The translations under genes were made by a program, and so were the position numbers. A stretch of DNA of 64,000 bases, taken from positions 62,001-126,000 of the IMG/VR virus record IMGVR_UViG_3300017971_000185. The stretch is one strand, 5' to 3'. How positions within the stretch are numbered: the stretch's first letter is position 1; each line of letters begins with the position of its first letter. The notes beneath the pieces are model-generated. The model did not search any database and had not been told where the DNA came from. It was given only the letters and a program-made list of their open reading frames with translations. Positions 36,401 through 45,344 of this stretch are shown piece by piece.

Positions 36401-39400
36401 CGGTGACCGATCGGTTGCCGAGAGCACGGGTGTTTGCCTACTCGGAGACGGGGTTCCCCGATCTTGATTCGAGTTTTGAGTCTGACCCGCGGCCAGCGGT
36501 GATTGCCACGGTTCTTCCGCTGCACGAGTTTCCCATCCGTGACGATGGTTTGCCGGACGTATCGCAGTTAGAAGCGAACGGCGGAGAGTTGCCAGACCTG
36601 ACGACTGGCGATTCCGACTTGATCACGCCTGCGTTCACTACCTTCGATCGTGACGACCGAAGGTTTCCCCAGATAGCGATTGGGCGTCCTACGGGAGAAA
36701 TCATCGACATCGTGTCCGCTACCAGCGTGAACATTGGGTTTGGGGACTTTACTGTTTCCATACCTCAAAAGGTGTTTGTAGGAGAGGTTCTCCAGGGCTG
36801 CATCCTCACGTTCGTGACTTCAAACAATTCGACTGGCGATCCTATCCTCGATTCGACTGAGATTCTTGAGGCTGGCGATGAGCCCGAGGACGCGACGCCG
36901 CTCACGCTGGAGCGCGGCGATACCATCTTCATTACGCCGCCGGACGTGGACATTGAACCGGCCGATCCCTCGGAGAACGAGCAACGGGCTGCGGAGGTAA
37001 AAGGACTCCCAAGCTATCGCGTAGACTTCGATCTTCGTGTGAACGATGGCGATGGTGTGTATGAGGACAACACGCTGCCGTCGATCCTCGATCCCAGCAT
37101 CTTCTTCCTCAAGGAGCTACTAGGCCAGAAGCCTCCAGATCCACTCAGTCATCTGGAAGCTGAAGTGAGCTTCCGCAACAGCTTGACCGATCCTCTGGAG
37201 ATCCCCGCGCTTACGGGTGGCTATACGAACGACTCGGGGGACTACACGCTTCCGTATCTGTACGTCACGAATACGGAAATCGATCGCTTGGGTGAGGCAA
37301 AGGCAGCCTTCGCGACGATCGTGAGTACCGATGCCCCCGCTCCTCGGGCTGTGTATCCTGATGAGATTCAAGGAACGGATGGGCAAGTCCTCGCGTCGTT
37401 GTCGTTCGGGGGCGAGCAGCCTGCGGCGTTGCTCACGAGCCTGGATGCTACGCCCGTTACGACTGCCGGAGGCTACACACCGGGCTCGGGAGTGGGTGAC
37501 GTTGCGCCTTACGATCTGCTCCTCATCGAGACTCCACAGAGCGAGATTCCGATAGGAGCGCAAGGCATCATCAACCTCGGGACGGTTGAAGGCGGCGCCT
37601 CTGGAAGTCGGCTTCATCCTGCGCGCTTCGTGACGGCGACTTCGGCAGGTGCGCGTTTTCGCTACGAGTTTCTGGCGATGCAGACCTACGTTAACCAGCC
37701 GCCGACTGTGGCTCCTCCTGGCATGGTGGTTTCGGTAGCCGGCCCGACTACGACGTTCGATGTCACGTCTGTCTCTCCAGGTTTCATCGTGTTCAACGAC
37801 GGGAATCCGCCTCCGAGTCCGACTGGCGGTCTCAATGACATCGTTGATCCGGGCGGACCCTTTGCCTACCCGGCCAACGACAACCGCATTCGGATCAACA
37901 TTTGGACGGCAGACGATACGGTCAATCCGGTCGTGTTCGTGGGATACATCGAGATCGCCATGAATGGCGTCGGAGTCCCCACGGCAGACGCACCATTCAG
38001 TGGCCTTGGGCCTCAGACGATCACATCACCGCCGCCCTTCTTCGATCAACAAACGCTCAGTTTCCAGACGGCTGCTCCGTTTCTCACGGTGGGGTTTGGG
38101 CCGACCGACGTACCAGAGGACATCTCGAATCCGGGGTTCTCACGGCCGCTCTGGTTCACGGTCGATGTGGACACGACATCAGCGGCTCCGTCTGGCGGAG
38201 CAAGCCTGACGGGTTACATTGACAACGATCGAACGACTTTCCGTGAGGGCATCGACATGCGCGGTGTTCTCGATCGTGGCACACCAGCGTTGGTGGGACA
38301 ACCGGTACATGGGCGTCTCAGGGTCGAGTTTGTGGAAGGCCCTGGCGGTCAGGATGCGATCACGGTCAACAACCCGGCAGAAGTGAATGGCGGCGTTCCG
38401 TTCACATTCTTGAATCGAGAGTTTTCGTTCCCGACCATAGGCAGTTTCGATCTCAACACAGGGCGTGGATCGATCAAGGTCATGGGGTTTGAGGGACACG
38501 GGAACACGCCGTTGCCCTCGACCGGGGAAGTGGTCTTCTCGGCCATTCCGTCTTGGAGTCAGGACGAGAACGGGACGATTGCCTACGGCACCGGTACTTC
38601 GGCAGCAGCCACTTTCAACCCGGATTTCGACAATCGGGTTGCGGTGCTCACTGAGGCTGATGTGACGAGCGGCAATCTGGCTAATGTGGAGGCTGGCGAC
38701 ATCCTCACCATTGCCAGTAGCGACGACACGTCTGCTAGGGCGACCACCAAGGCAGGTACCTACCTAGTCAAGCACGCGATTCAGCCCCTCGCAGGAGGTT
38801 GGCCTTTCGCTACCTACGGGCTCACGACAAACACCAACCCGATTAACACAGGAGCCGGCTGGTTGCAGGTCCAGTTTCCGAGACTGGTCAGCGTCAACAC
38901 GCTGACCAAGGAAATCACGATCACGTCGGCTCGCCTCGATAACGGAACGGATGCGTGGCCTCCTGCCACAAACCGGATTTATCTCATCCCCGACGTGGCG
39001 GACATCGCTTCGGTTGTCAGCGTCGAGTACACGGCGGTGGACTTTGCCAACGCGGTGTTCACCTACGATGACACCACGGTTGAGGATGCGAACGGAGGGG
39101 GTTTGACTGAGGCGGATTTGGTAGCAGTGGCGGAGGACTCTTTCGTGTCTGGGTTCTGGGCTGCTGAGGTGCGGATGGATCGGGCAGGCGCAGGCTTGCC
39201 GAGGAACCTTGTGGGGTATCGGACGCCGGGGCCTGACAACACAGCTTACGGCTTCGGAGGAGTCAGGTTTTTCAATCCCAAGGTTCCCGCAAGCACGGCA
39301 GTCATCTTGACTTTCGGAGGAGGTCAGATCATTGAAGGCGGCACACCTGCTGCGAACGAGATTCGTGTTACGGATCATACGCCCATAGTCAACACGTCCT

Positions 39401-41391
39401 TTGTCAACGATCCCGATGCCATCGTGTATCCAAGCGTGGCGGAGAATTTCTTGTGGCGGCTTAGTCAGGCTAACTGGGATTTGATTCATGACGGAGCGGC
39501 TCAAGGTGCGGCGCAGGTGAATTGTCTTTTCCCTGGCGATCAGCTCAATACAGAGACAGCCATTCCGGCATTTCGAGCGCAGGCGGGTGTGTTTCTGGAG
39601 CCGTCAATCCCGAGGCCCGTTTTCGATCTGGGAGGAGTGTCGCCCAAGGTCGTGGACGCGAACAACTCACTGCTCCCGGCTGATATCGGGTTTCGGGATG
39701 CGGTGACTTACGGCATGTCGGAACCCGAGCGTGTGCGGTTTGAGGTACGTCGCATTCGTCGGTTCCATCTGCCGCTCACCGATGCGTCGCAAGCACTGCT
39801 GCCGCTCCAGTACGCGTACCAGATTCGGCGTGGGGTGGTGACGACCTATGGCCCAGACACGCTGCCTCCTACGAGTGAGGAGTGGCCTTACGTCATAGAG
39901 ACCATTGGCGGCACTACTCTAGGCGACTTCTTGGATGAGAACGTCAACATCAACCCCGGCGACATGTTCCGTCTGCTCGATAGCGACGGAACATTGCTCG
40001 ATGAGGTCGAGATCGCGGGTATTCCAGACGAGAATCGCCTGGCTCTTGCTGCTCCGGGGATCTCGGCTGTCAGCGCGGCTAACGTGAACGGAAAGGCTTT
40101 CGAGATCTACCTGCGGGCGGTTCCGGTTCCGCACGAGCAATCGAATGAGCAGCTTCTCGATCTGGTCGCTGACGAAGTGCTGATCGAGCGCACGGCAGAC
40201 TACGGTGCGCAAACCGGCGGGTGGGTTCCCATCGAAGCGTCATCGCTCGATCCTCGGCGTGTTCGTGACACGGACGGGAGCGTCAACTTCGCTGGTGCTG
40301 GAGTGGAGGAAGGCGACATCGTTCTCATCGACGGTGCGGGGGATCTGAGCGGACCAGGCGGTATTCCCATCACTGGTCAGGAAAGAGGAGCACGGCCGTT
40401 TGGGGATCGTTCTGTTCCGAATCGGACCGTGGCTACGCCTGGGCAAGAGGTTCCGTTCATCGCGGGCGCTCCGTCTGAGTTGGATGACAACCGGGGGTTC
40501 TACCGCGTGTCGGAGGTTGCTTCTGAGTCGGTGACGATAGATCCCACAACGACCTTCTCTGGAGAGAACGGCGGAAGTTTCATTACGTTTGGCGACCAAG
40601 CGGAGTATGCCGTCTACCCAACTGTGAGCGATTCGACGGCTCCGTTTGCCGATCCTCCGGGCGGTCCGGGGGTGGAAGGGCAGATGGATCTGAGGCCCAC
40701 GTCGTTTGCTGGAGAGAACGGGTCTCCAGCGGATTCGTACTTGGACAATCTGTTCTCCATCGCTCCGTTCTCCTACCGCATCATCCGTCCTTCGGCTCTC
40801 CTCTCAGATGAGGCAGTGGATCTCATCTTGCTGATGCGCGAGCGAACGCTCAGCTTCATCGATGCGTTCAATGTGTTCTTCACAGGCACGAAGGAAGGGT
40901 CGTACTTCATCTTCCAGCGCGACGCTCACATCTCTGATTTGGGGAATCCTCTTATCCCAGATGAGGGGTTGGGAGTCATGTCCAATGCTCTCATTCAGGG
41001 TGTCGCGGGACTGACCCAGATCTCGCCTTTCGCCAACACGACGGACGCACTCTCCGTGCTCGACCGGCGGTTTTGGGTAGCTGACACGCGTCTCGACGCC
41101 GAGCGCCCCCAGCCGGGAGATCCCACATACTCAACCTTTGAGACGAACGACGGCAACCCCAGCGCCGCTGTGGGCGATGGGCGTCCGGTTCTGCCCGACC
41201 GCATCACAGAGGTACTCGATAACAGCGATCAATTCCGGCCGTTGCGGTTGTCCTGGCTGAATTTCCGCGTGAACCGAGAGGATGGCATCTTGGTCACGCT
41301 CAACATCAGCCGTAGTCGGTTTTCCAAGAACAGGCGCAGGCAGATTCGCCAGCTACAGCAGGCCAAGTCTCTAGAGGATGCGCAGTCATGA
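30487..41391 (+). CDS. Giant 3634-aa acidic beta-rich virion protein
   Basis: Uninterrupted 10.9 kb ORF within the baseplate cluster. Confidence 0.8.
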   Translation: MGFPLDGFVLRAPRTAPSNAISTDEAVNGVERDFKPPVTSAFGGGEAPELVEVAADQYRAAVLLRPDDGQTEYLIWAANTADLSTLEIFEADSDDGSIRALYGTLEVENQVSDPDPEVYEDGTLRFYVSDSTNASIAAILQFKIARGDTDDTLVLTEGFYDFNPVTSIVTITDEATIQALSGGFSPLRRDRLGSLRYTRAAVRFWWSKNDRYATRFQWNGLTQRWEPLKGTAPRNLGTLLADGTYTAIPNPNVPAGEYLPGNSVDPDSYSMIRVGVRPDSGSTPVAEPVSVTGYGGILVVADDEVEEYDFPTNAPTAAGVMGQSSGELLWNPGFVNLFAGQSVFYCYQSFLTEGDAEAVGKLETSEEEPLFLSPVPGVTDYPFVRIGNRTPLEALMADTEALLAVTAVSEGQVGIALSTGKLKFSQVDIDKSDPESTTFDTNWLGAEVFYDGLSLTRSPLKTKAPVRLVDGSGDPTTISKDQRLYIPDAEPQPAPGVSGVQFEPDLTGTIPDPAIDPSIRYNKSGLVRDVRGDWDLVLFTTEGRITSVRVVDDPEDEVPRFKFRIPQGRAYIDLNRGSGGSEVILGKKDRQRFAGEPMWFLQSGVQPAVYASEARICSRVRGSFDLVGTERLKFAIQNNIYLWNASADPGGVATSAGGTFTAEEIATSLDAVITGQGSAVVVGSCVVLQTDLEANGKQYGEIEVGWGPVDTKDLSGAAALGFLPGWHVRVSNPPSVDDLHFLPDSGTHLGVYRSPLNISGRRDDIADIGHRDRLEDTTLSENIAQIPVVLLDKIPLEDQPGYDDGVFFRLQTGFFTRDLQNYDEVLHQFGEGKFTWVDENSLFGLVPRPTTELGLGASSLVPDSFRLPGKGLKVSADGGPFVEQELDTDFKLLLDGQPGIATLIQQVGDRVALGARGTVAARGTTFEDNSPDVDFVALGVTEGYQLKLLTGAEAIQGTYIVTADATNPKQLQVKPAFLDDSSSVTWELFVGVDEDTNDPGIVADAHYLQFNHLLEEPFKIRTLTDLGDVPVDATTQEASRLQANISRALASEREIDIRFGQPNGSPTATLRRLEQEFLGEIVNSGLYVPDPSGERFVNEDFSIRVGTKLFTFAAGDLVKVPPPVTFPLTGNIIEVEDGSGLLNFGAEVFAELAQSDVYYVEEFADPAASPTVLPAGVAEYRIDDGLLNFSADDMAQYGGTTTAYFVQQMVTENGQDVTISPLQGSILFNTPIDEQTIVEVEYFQAQVGSGELALDNEGDPIQVIEFVPLFVDQEEATLPPVPPGSIVPADYGRRWDFNPTERTVREDIDATIYVGNNLANVGGAVSPQVEIDYEANQLILKQPVDQNTKVTITYAVNESFGGEQSYTVSTIPVYRPPFRIPANTDEFVLEGDRTGDVIAGKLLRVGEFPFYIKESTYDASANSTTVEIFPPTQPNQEPGTLAPGHDVLSLLTERPIAKQYNTAADDGIWKDIPNEYEPVNRGFVSVTFFGNLVEDAITGYLLEIGGYPFIIAGATLSEDGNRTTIDLTSPTPEGFVVGQDAVRVTIRPVYQPAPMNFLGLGPVSREDVAEVVLFGETDDSGNVLPGRTLKLSTEYTLDYDSGTIDFLAPQQAPLRPGQTLYLRHTRLRVLAPFVRDEVVVTPRYFASYVNGIVPSEDNGILGQVLRAEYTFASPDTWFYRTAPLLDYLGEVGESLQAGISAQLPSRGAVVAIPPAVENDTEGNLGLRAQISDLEDQDRAARTFIEFYNNVILAYEQVLETISGNVIGDRDGKFKFFVGRGKELAPPGYEDAITGNLNTRNIFSELFFAYNRHLIHLTRDPLVEPITAELQGDQIVGDFLDPDRLADLFGEMREIIHNDVDDLVLVSRTRKRVRRKPLRYESFGRYDIAGEPNKFSRLFPERATAFTLTDPGLLADLESDPVDPGVYAFRKKLTKWSFKGGIQRPKRGSTFRKSIGIIGNPVLGQMTGITSITVTDRLPRARVFAYSETGFPDLDSSFESDPRPAVIATVLPLHEFPIRDDGLPDVSQLEANGGELPDLTTGDSDLITPAFTTFDRDDRRFPQIAIGRPTGEIIDIVSATSVNIGFGDFTVSIPQKVFVGEVLQGCILTFVTSNNSTGDPILDSTEILEAGDEPEDATPLTLERGDTIFITPPDVDIEPADPSENEQRAAEVKGLPSYRVDFDLRVNDGDGVYEDNTLPSILDPSIFFLKELLGQKPPDPLSHLEAEVSFRNSLTDPLEIPALTGGYTNDSGDYTLPYLYVTNTEIDRLGEAKAAFATIVSTDAPAPRAVYPDEIQGTDGQVLASLSFGGEQPAALLTSLDATPVTTAGGYTPGSGVGDVAPYDLLLIETPQSEIPIGAQGIINLGTVEGGASGSRLHPARFVTATSAGARFRYEFLAMQTYVNQPPTVAPPGMVVSVAGPTTTFDVTSVSPGFIVFNDGNPPPSPTGGLNDIVDPGGPFAYPANDNRIRINIWTADDTVNPVVFVGYIEIAMNGVGVPTADAPFSGLGPQTITSPPPFFDQQTLSFQTAAPFLTVGFGPTDVPEDISNPGFSRPLWFTVDVDTTSAAPSGGASLTGYIDNDRTTFREGIDMRGVLDRGTPALVGQPVHGRLRVEFVEGPGGQDAITVNNPAEVNGGVPFTFLNREFSFPTIGSFDLNTGRGSIKVMGFEGHGNTPLPSTGEVVFSAIPSWSQDENGTIAYGTGTSAAATFNPDFDNRVAVLTEADVTSGNLANVEAGDILTIASSDDTSARATTKAGTYLVKHAIQPLAGGWPFATYGLTTNTNPINTGAGWLQVQFPRLVSVNTLTKEITITSARLDNGTDAWPPATNRIYLIPDVADIASVVSVEYTAVDFANAVFTYDDTTVEDANGGGLTEADLVAVAEDSFVSGFWAAEVRMDRAGAGLPRNLVGYRTPGPDNTAYGFGGVRFFNPKVPASTAVILTFGGGQIIEGGTPAANEIRVTDHTPIVNTSFVNDPDAIVYPSVAENFLWRLSQANWDLIHDGAAQGAAQVNCLFPGDQLNTETAIPAFRAQAGVFLEPSIPRPVFDLGGVSPKVVDANNSLLPADIGFRDAVTYGMSEPERVRFEVRRIRRFHLPLTDASQALLPLQYAYQIRRGVVTTYGPDTLPPTSEEWPYVIETIGGTTLGDFLDENVNINPGDMFRLLDSDGTLLDEVEIAGIPDENRLALAAPGISAVSAANVNGKAFEIYLRAVPVPHEQSNEQLLDLVADEVLIERTADYGAQTGGWVPIEASSLDPRRVRDTDGSVNFAGAGVEEGDIVLIDGAGDLSGPGGIPITGQERGARPFGDRSVPNRTVATPGQEVPFIAGAPSELDDNRGFYRVSEVASESVTIDPTTTFSGENGGSFITFGDQAEYAVYPTVSDSTAPFADPPGGPGVEGQMDLRPTSFAGENGSPADSYLDNLFSIAPFSYRIIRPSALLSDEAVDLILLMRERTLSFIDAFNVFFTGTKEGSYFIFQRDAHISDLGNPLIPDEGLGVMSNALIQGVAGLTQISPFANTTDALSVLDRRFWVADTRLDAERPQPGDPTYSTFETNDGNPSAAVGDGRPVLPDRITEVLDNSDQFRPLRLSWLNFRVNREDGILVTLNISRSRFSKNRRRQIRQLQQAKSLEDAQS

Positions 41392-41645
41392 AGCCACTCG
41401 ATGAAGATCTGACTCCAGAAGAGGCCAAGCGACGGCTTGATGAGATGGGCATTCCAACAGACGCCTGGCAGAACACCAACCCTGATGGGGAGGTCGAGAT
41501 CACAAGCATCCCAACATTCGAGCGCATGGCAGGTAGGCTCGGGGAATTGGGTGGCTTGATCGAGGAACAGATCGAGAAGGACCGGAAGCAGATCAAGGAT
41601 CTACAACTCAAACTCGCGCGGCTCAAGCATGGAGGAGGCAGGTAG
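41388..41645 (+). CDS. Small coiled-coil protein
   Basis: ATGA overlap with the giant gene; GAGGA SD. Confidence 0.75.
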   Translation: MKPLDEDLTPEEAKRRLDEMGIPTDAWQNTNPDGEVEITSIPTFERMAGRLGELGGLIEEQIEKDRKQIKDLQLKLARLKHGGGR

Positions 41646-44258
41646 GTGCCAAACCCAGAACAGGGGCCGCAACAGCAGGGGCTCGTAGGCACCTGGCAGA
41701 CGGTCAATCTCGGGATTCCCGACTTTCTGGAGGAAGTCCGCGAAGCCGTAGACCAATTCTTCTCGTTGCTCATCCAGATCCTCAACATCCTGTTGCAGAT
41801 CTTGGAGATTCTCAAGACGTTCGCCATCGGTTTTCTCGATCCGATCATCGCGTTGATCGAGGCTCTCCTGGCGCTTCTTGAGGCAATTCTCAACGACCTA
41901 CGTCAAGCAGGGTTGTATCTTCACGGAGATTGGTCGCTCTTGAAAGGGCCTGAATTTCGCAACCTTCTCGGCGGATTCACGGCTTACGAGCGACGGATGA
42001 TAACTCGGCTTGTTGATCGACGTGACCCGAACCGGCCGAACATCTCCAGTTTCTCGGCTTGTATTGCGGTGTTCTTGTACGTCTCGGTAGACATTTCGGC
42101 ACTGGAACGACTCATCCGGCTGATCAGAGGCATCTTGGCTCTGTTCACTCGCAAGATTCCGTTGCCGCGAAGTCTGGGGGCAGTTGTTCAACTTCGGGCG
42201 ACGTATGGATACGAGGGTGCTGCGGTCACTTCGTTTGCGAAGCCGGGGTTCTTCCCGACACGCGAGCAGTTGAAGAATGAGAAGCTCTCGGATGCTTTCA
42301 ACGCGGTGAACATTACGTGGCGGATGGCTCCCACGCCCGGTAATTTCCTCACCACGTTCGCACAGCTTCCGCCCTCGGGTTTCTTGGTCGAGGTTTCCAC
42401 GATCTCGCAGGGCATTACAGTCCAGTACGACAAGCCGATCAAGGGAGCGAACGAAGGACAGGAGGACAACAAGGGGCGAGACGTGGGCACGGCGGTCAAC
42501 GAAGATGGGCAGCCCATCGTGTTGTTCGGTGGCTATGACCAGCTACGAGTCGAGGACAGCCTGCAATTCAACGAAGGGGTCACGGGCCAGGGACCGTTCC
42601 GACAACTCAAGCCTCTGTCTGTGAGGGTGTTCGGAGTCAAGAGCCTTTCCGACGCTGCGCCGATTCAGTTTAGCGATCTCAAGGACGCCAGCGGCAACTA
42701 CTACATCCAAAAGACGTTCTACACGAGCGGCTTTGCTGGCGCGTTCTTCCCCGGCAAGGGATACGGCATCACGATTCCGTTTGAGGAAATGCCGTTCGAT
42801 GCGGAGTTTGGCTACGAGGGTGGTCTGTCCAAATTCAAGCCGACTGGACGGCCCTCCAAATTCTTCGTCCGCGTTCGGGCCGTCAGCAAAACGATCAAGA
42901 AGCCGGAGGACTTTGCCTATGACGTTGCTCGGGTTTTCTTTGATGACGTAGGCAACCCGGTGACGCTGCCGTTGGTCCAGCCTTTTCCGTTTGAGGAAGC
43001 CACTACGCCGGGTGACGCAGGCCCTCTGTCCGCGCCTTTGGAGATCGTGTTCCCTGGCGGAGCCACCGAGGAGTATCTGCGCTGCGTCGTATCGGCTCTG
43101 GCTGTCATGGTGCTGAGTCGGGCGGACTTGCCGGTCAAGGTCGGAACGTCCTCGACGGAGGGCGATGCTCCTACGATCCACACGTTCAACTATCCGCCGA
43201 CAGAGGAGGATTTGGAGTTTGAGGGAGCTAGCTCGTCATGGTCAGGCTACGAGGGACAGGCGCGCAAGTACACACAGCTTGAAGAGTTGGCTGGAGTCCT
43301 GACGCCGCAGCTTCTCGGTCGTAAGTGGCGAGTGGCGAAGTTTTACGAGTCAACGAACAACCTGGCGAGATGGCGCAAGAGGTTGTTGGCCCGGTGCGTC
43401 AACCTGACGAATCGCATGTACCGAGAGAATCGTCCTCCAGCCTCGCTGGAGGAGGTTGTGGTCTCGACTTGCAAGGACTTGTTAGACTTCAAATTCGATC
43501 TCGGCGAGTCCGTAAGCATCATCGAAGCATTGAGTAGTCGAGAGGTCAAGTCAGGATTAGCTCCCAATCCGCTCAGTATTGGCATCACATCACCAGGGCG
43601 CAATGTCGAGCAGATGGAAGATCCCGGTCTGTTGGCTCGTGCGGAGCACTTCTTTCAGATTAGCCGTAGAGGCGGGAAGAGCATTCAAGGTTCCGTAGAC
43701 AAGTCGCCTGTGGTCTTTAGCCGAAGGAACAACATCGATATCGATTCGCTGGAGTTTTGTCGCAACGCATTCTCCGATGCGATCTATGAGCAAGCGGCTT
43801 TTGCTCTCCGAGTTGCGGTAGGGCCTTTCCAGCGACCACAGGAGGACGGCTGGATCGCTATTCGGCTGTTCCCTCAGGGGCTCCCCGCTATCGATCGATT
43901 CCTCGATGAGTTGCTTGCACTTCTGCGCAGCATCCGGGCTGCTCTTCAAGCAATCACGGATCTGATCAAGCGCTTCATCGAATTCTTGCAGTCGCGCATT
44001 ATCGAGTTGCAAGCGTTGCTCAACCGGATCAACGCGATGATCCAAAACCTCTTGCGGTTTTTCATTGGGATTCCGGCGGCAGCCGGTTTGGTGGTTGTTG
44101 CGCCGGGGACAGATGGGGTGTTGTCTGCTCTCGTTTCGGCAGGCAACAAGCCCTACGACAGCCCAAGAGCTTACGGTGGCGGGGTGGTCATGTTGGCTGG
44201 CGGCATACCGACGATCGCGCTGGATCTCTTCAAAGCGCTTGTACAGGGGAGTGGCTGA
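41646..44258 (+). CDS. Virion protein with long hydrophobic/amphipathic helices at both ends
   Basis: GGAGG SD + GTG; FFSLLIQILNILLQILEILKTFAIG and LLALLRSIRAALQAITDLIKRFIEFLQ. Confidence 0.75.
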   Translation: MPNPEQGPQQQGLVGTWQTVNLGIPDFLEEVREAVDQFFSLLIQILNILLQILEILKTFAIGFLDPIIALIEALLALLEAILNDLRQAGLYLHGDWSLLKGPEFRNLLGGFTAYERRMITRLVDRRDPNRPNISSFSACIAVFLYVSVDISALERLIRLIRGILALFTRKIPLPRSLGAVVQLRATYGYEGAAVTSFAKPGFFPTREQLKNEKLSDAFNAVNITWRMAPTPGNFLTTFAQLPPSGFLVEVSTISQGITVQYDKPIKGANEGQEDNKGRDVGTAVNEDGQPIVLFGGYDQLRVEDSLQFNEGVTGQGPFRQLKPLSVRVFGVKSLSDAAPIQFSDLKDASGNYYIQKTFYTSGFAGAFFPGKGYGITIPFEEMPFDAEFGYEGGLSKFKPTGRPSKFFVRVRAVSKTIKKPEDFAYDVARVFFDDVGNPVTLPLVQPFPFEEATTPGDAGPLSAPLEIVFPGGATEEYLRCVVSALAVMVLSRADLPVKVGTSSTEGDAPTIHTFNYPPTEEDLEFEGASSSWSGYEGQARKYTQLEELAGVLTPQLLGRKWRVAKFYESTNNLARWRKRLLARCVNLTNRMYRENRPPASLEEVVVSTCKDLLDFKFDLGESVSIIEALSSREVKSGLAPNPLSIGITSPGRNVEQMEDPGLLARAEHFFQISRRGGKSIQGSVDKSPVVFSRRNNIDIDSLEFCRNAFSDAIYEQAAFALRVAVGPFQRPQEDGWIAIRLFPQGLPAIDRFLDELLALLRSIRAALQAITDLIKRFIEFLQSRIIELQALLNRINAMIQNLLRFFIGIPAAAGLVVVAPGTDGVLSALVSAGNKPYDSPRAYGGGVVMLAGGIPTIALDLFKALVQGSG

Positions 44259-45313
44259 TGAGTTTCGGATTCCTTGGGAGTTTTCGGCAGACGCAGTGGC
44301 GAATCTTCCGCCAATTCATCCTCAATGAACGGCGGGTCATCGATGCTCGTTTGGCTTACATCGATGCCGAGCTACAGCGTATTGGTGAGATCACGGTGTC
44401 CTATGCCCGTCGAAATGAGGATTCCTCGGGAGAAGTAACAGAGCGTAGAACCGGTTTCTCCGTGATGCCTGAAAGCTCGTCCCTGCACAAGCTCGTGCAA
44501 GCCTACATCGCTCAGGGCGGCAATCCGTGTGAGATTTCCTTGTTCCTCAAGCCGGATCATGTGCTCTGGGAATCGGACCGTGATCCTGATGAGAACCCGG
44601 ACATCGATCCCACGGCTCCGATCAACGATGAAGAAGTGGACGGCGCTCTCAGCGAACAGCCGGAGTTTGGCGTGGTGTCTCCCGAGAGCGATAACCGGTC
44701 GGTGGGTGGTCCCGATCGTGGTGGGTGGCTTCGGTGGGGACGCTATCCGTTCCGTAGAATTGGCCGCATGATCGACCTGAGTGAAGCCGATCAGCAGATT
44801 GCGTACCACGTGGATTTCGCACGTCGGTGGGCTAATCCGACGATTCAGGAGCGTCGTAACAATCTGGAGGCTCGCATCATCAAGTTGATGGATTACCGCG
44901 AGCAACTCATTCACGAGCGAGAGAATGTTCTGTCGCAAGCGGTAGGCGGAAGCGTGGATAGCGTGCCCCTAGGCGATCAACGGATGGTTCAGCCGAATCT
45001 TCATGTTGCTCTCATCGTGCAGGCTATCGACAAGATCATCTACACCCTCATTCCTCGCGGCCGTACCCGAGGAGAGTTACGGGAACAGCAGCGAAAGGAG
45101 ATTACGGAACGACCCGGAGTGGTGGTTAATGCCGATGAGGCTCTTGCGAAGTTGAAAGCAGATTTGGAGGCCAGTCAAACTGCTACAGAGAGCCAGGGAT
45201 TGCCAGATGAGGATCTCATTCCCGACTTCAACCAACCCAACTACGCCAACTTGGGGGAATTCGACACTCTTTGGTGGGACCATCCCGTAGAGGACGACTC
45301 CAATACTGCGTGA
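44258..45313 (+). CDS. Hypothetical protein
   Basis: TGATG coupling; 351 aa. Confidence 0.75.
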   Translation: MSFGFLGSFRQTQWRIFRQFILNERRVIDARLAYIDAELQRIGEITVSYARRNEDSSGEVTERRTGFSVMPESSSLHKLVQAYIAQGGNPCEISLFLKPDHVLWESDRDPDENPDIDPTAPINDEEVDGALSEQPEFGVVSPESDNRSVGGPDRGGWLRWGRYPFRRIGRMIDLSEADQQIAYHVDFARRWANPTIQERRNNLEARIIKLMDYREQLIHERENVLSQAVGGSVDSVPLGDQRMVQPNLHVALIVQAIDKIIYTLIPRGRTRGELREQQRKEITERPGVVVNADEALAKLKADLEASQTATESQGLPDEDLIPDFNQPNYANLGEFDTLWWDHPVEDDSNTA

Positions 45314-45344
45314 TTTGCCTATAGCAAACCCCTCGTGAACCAGC

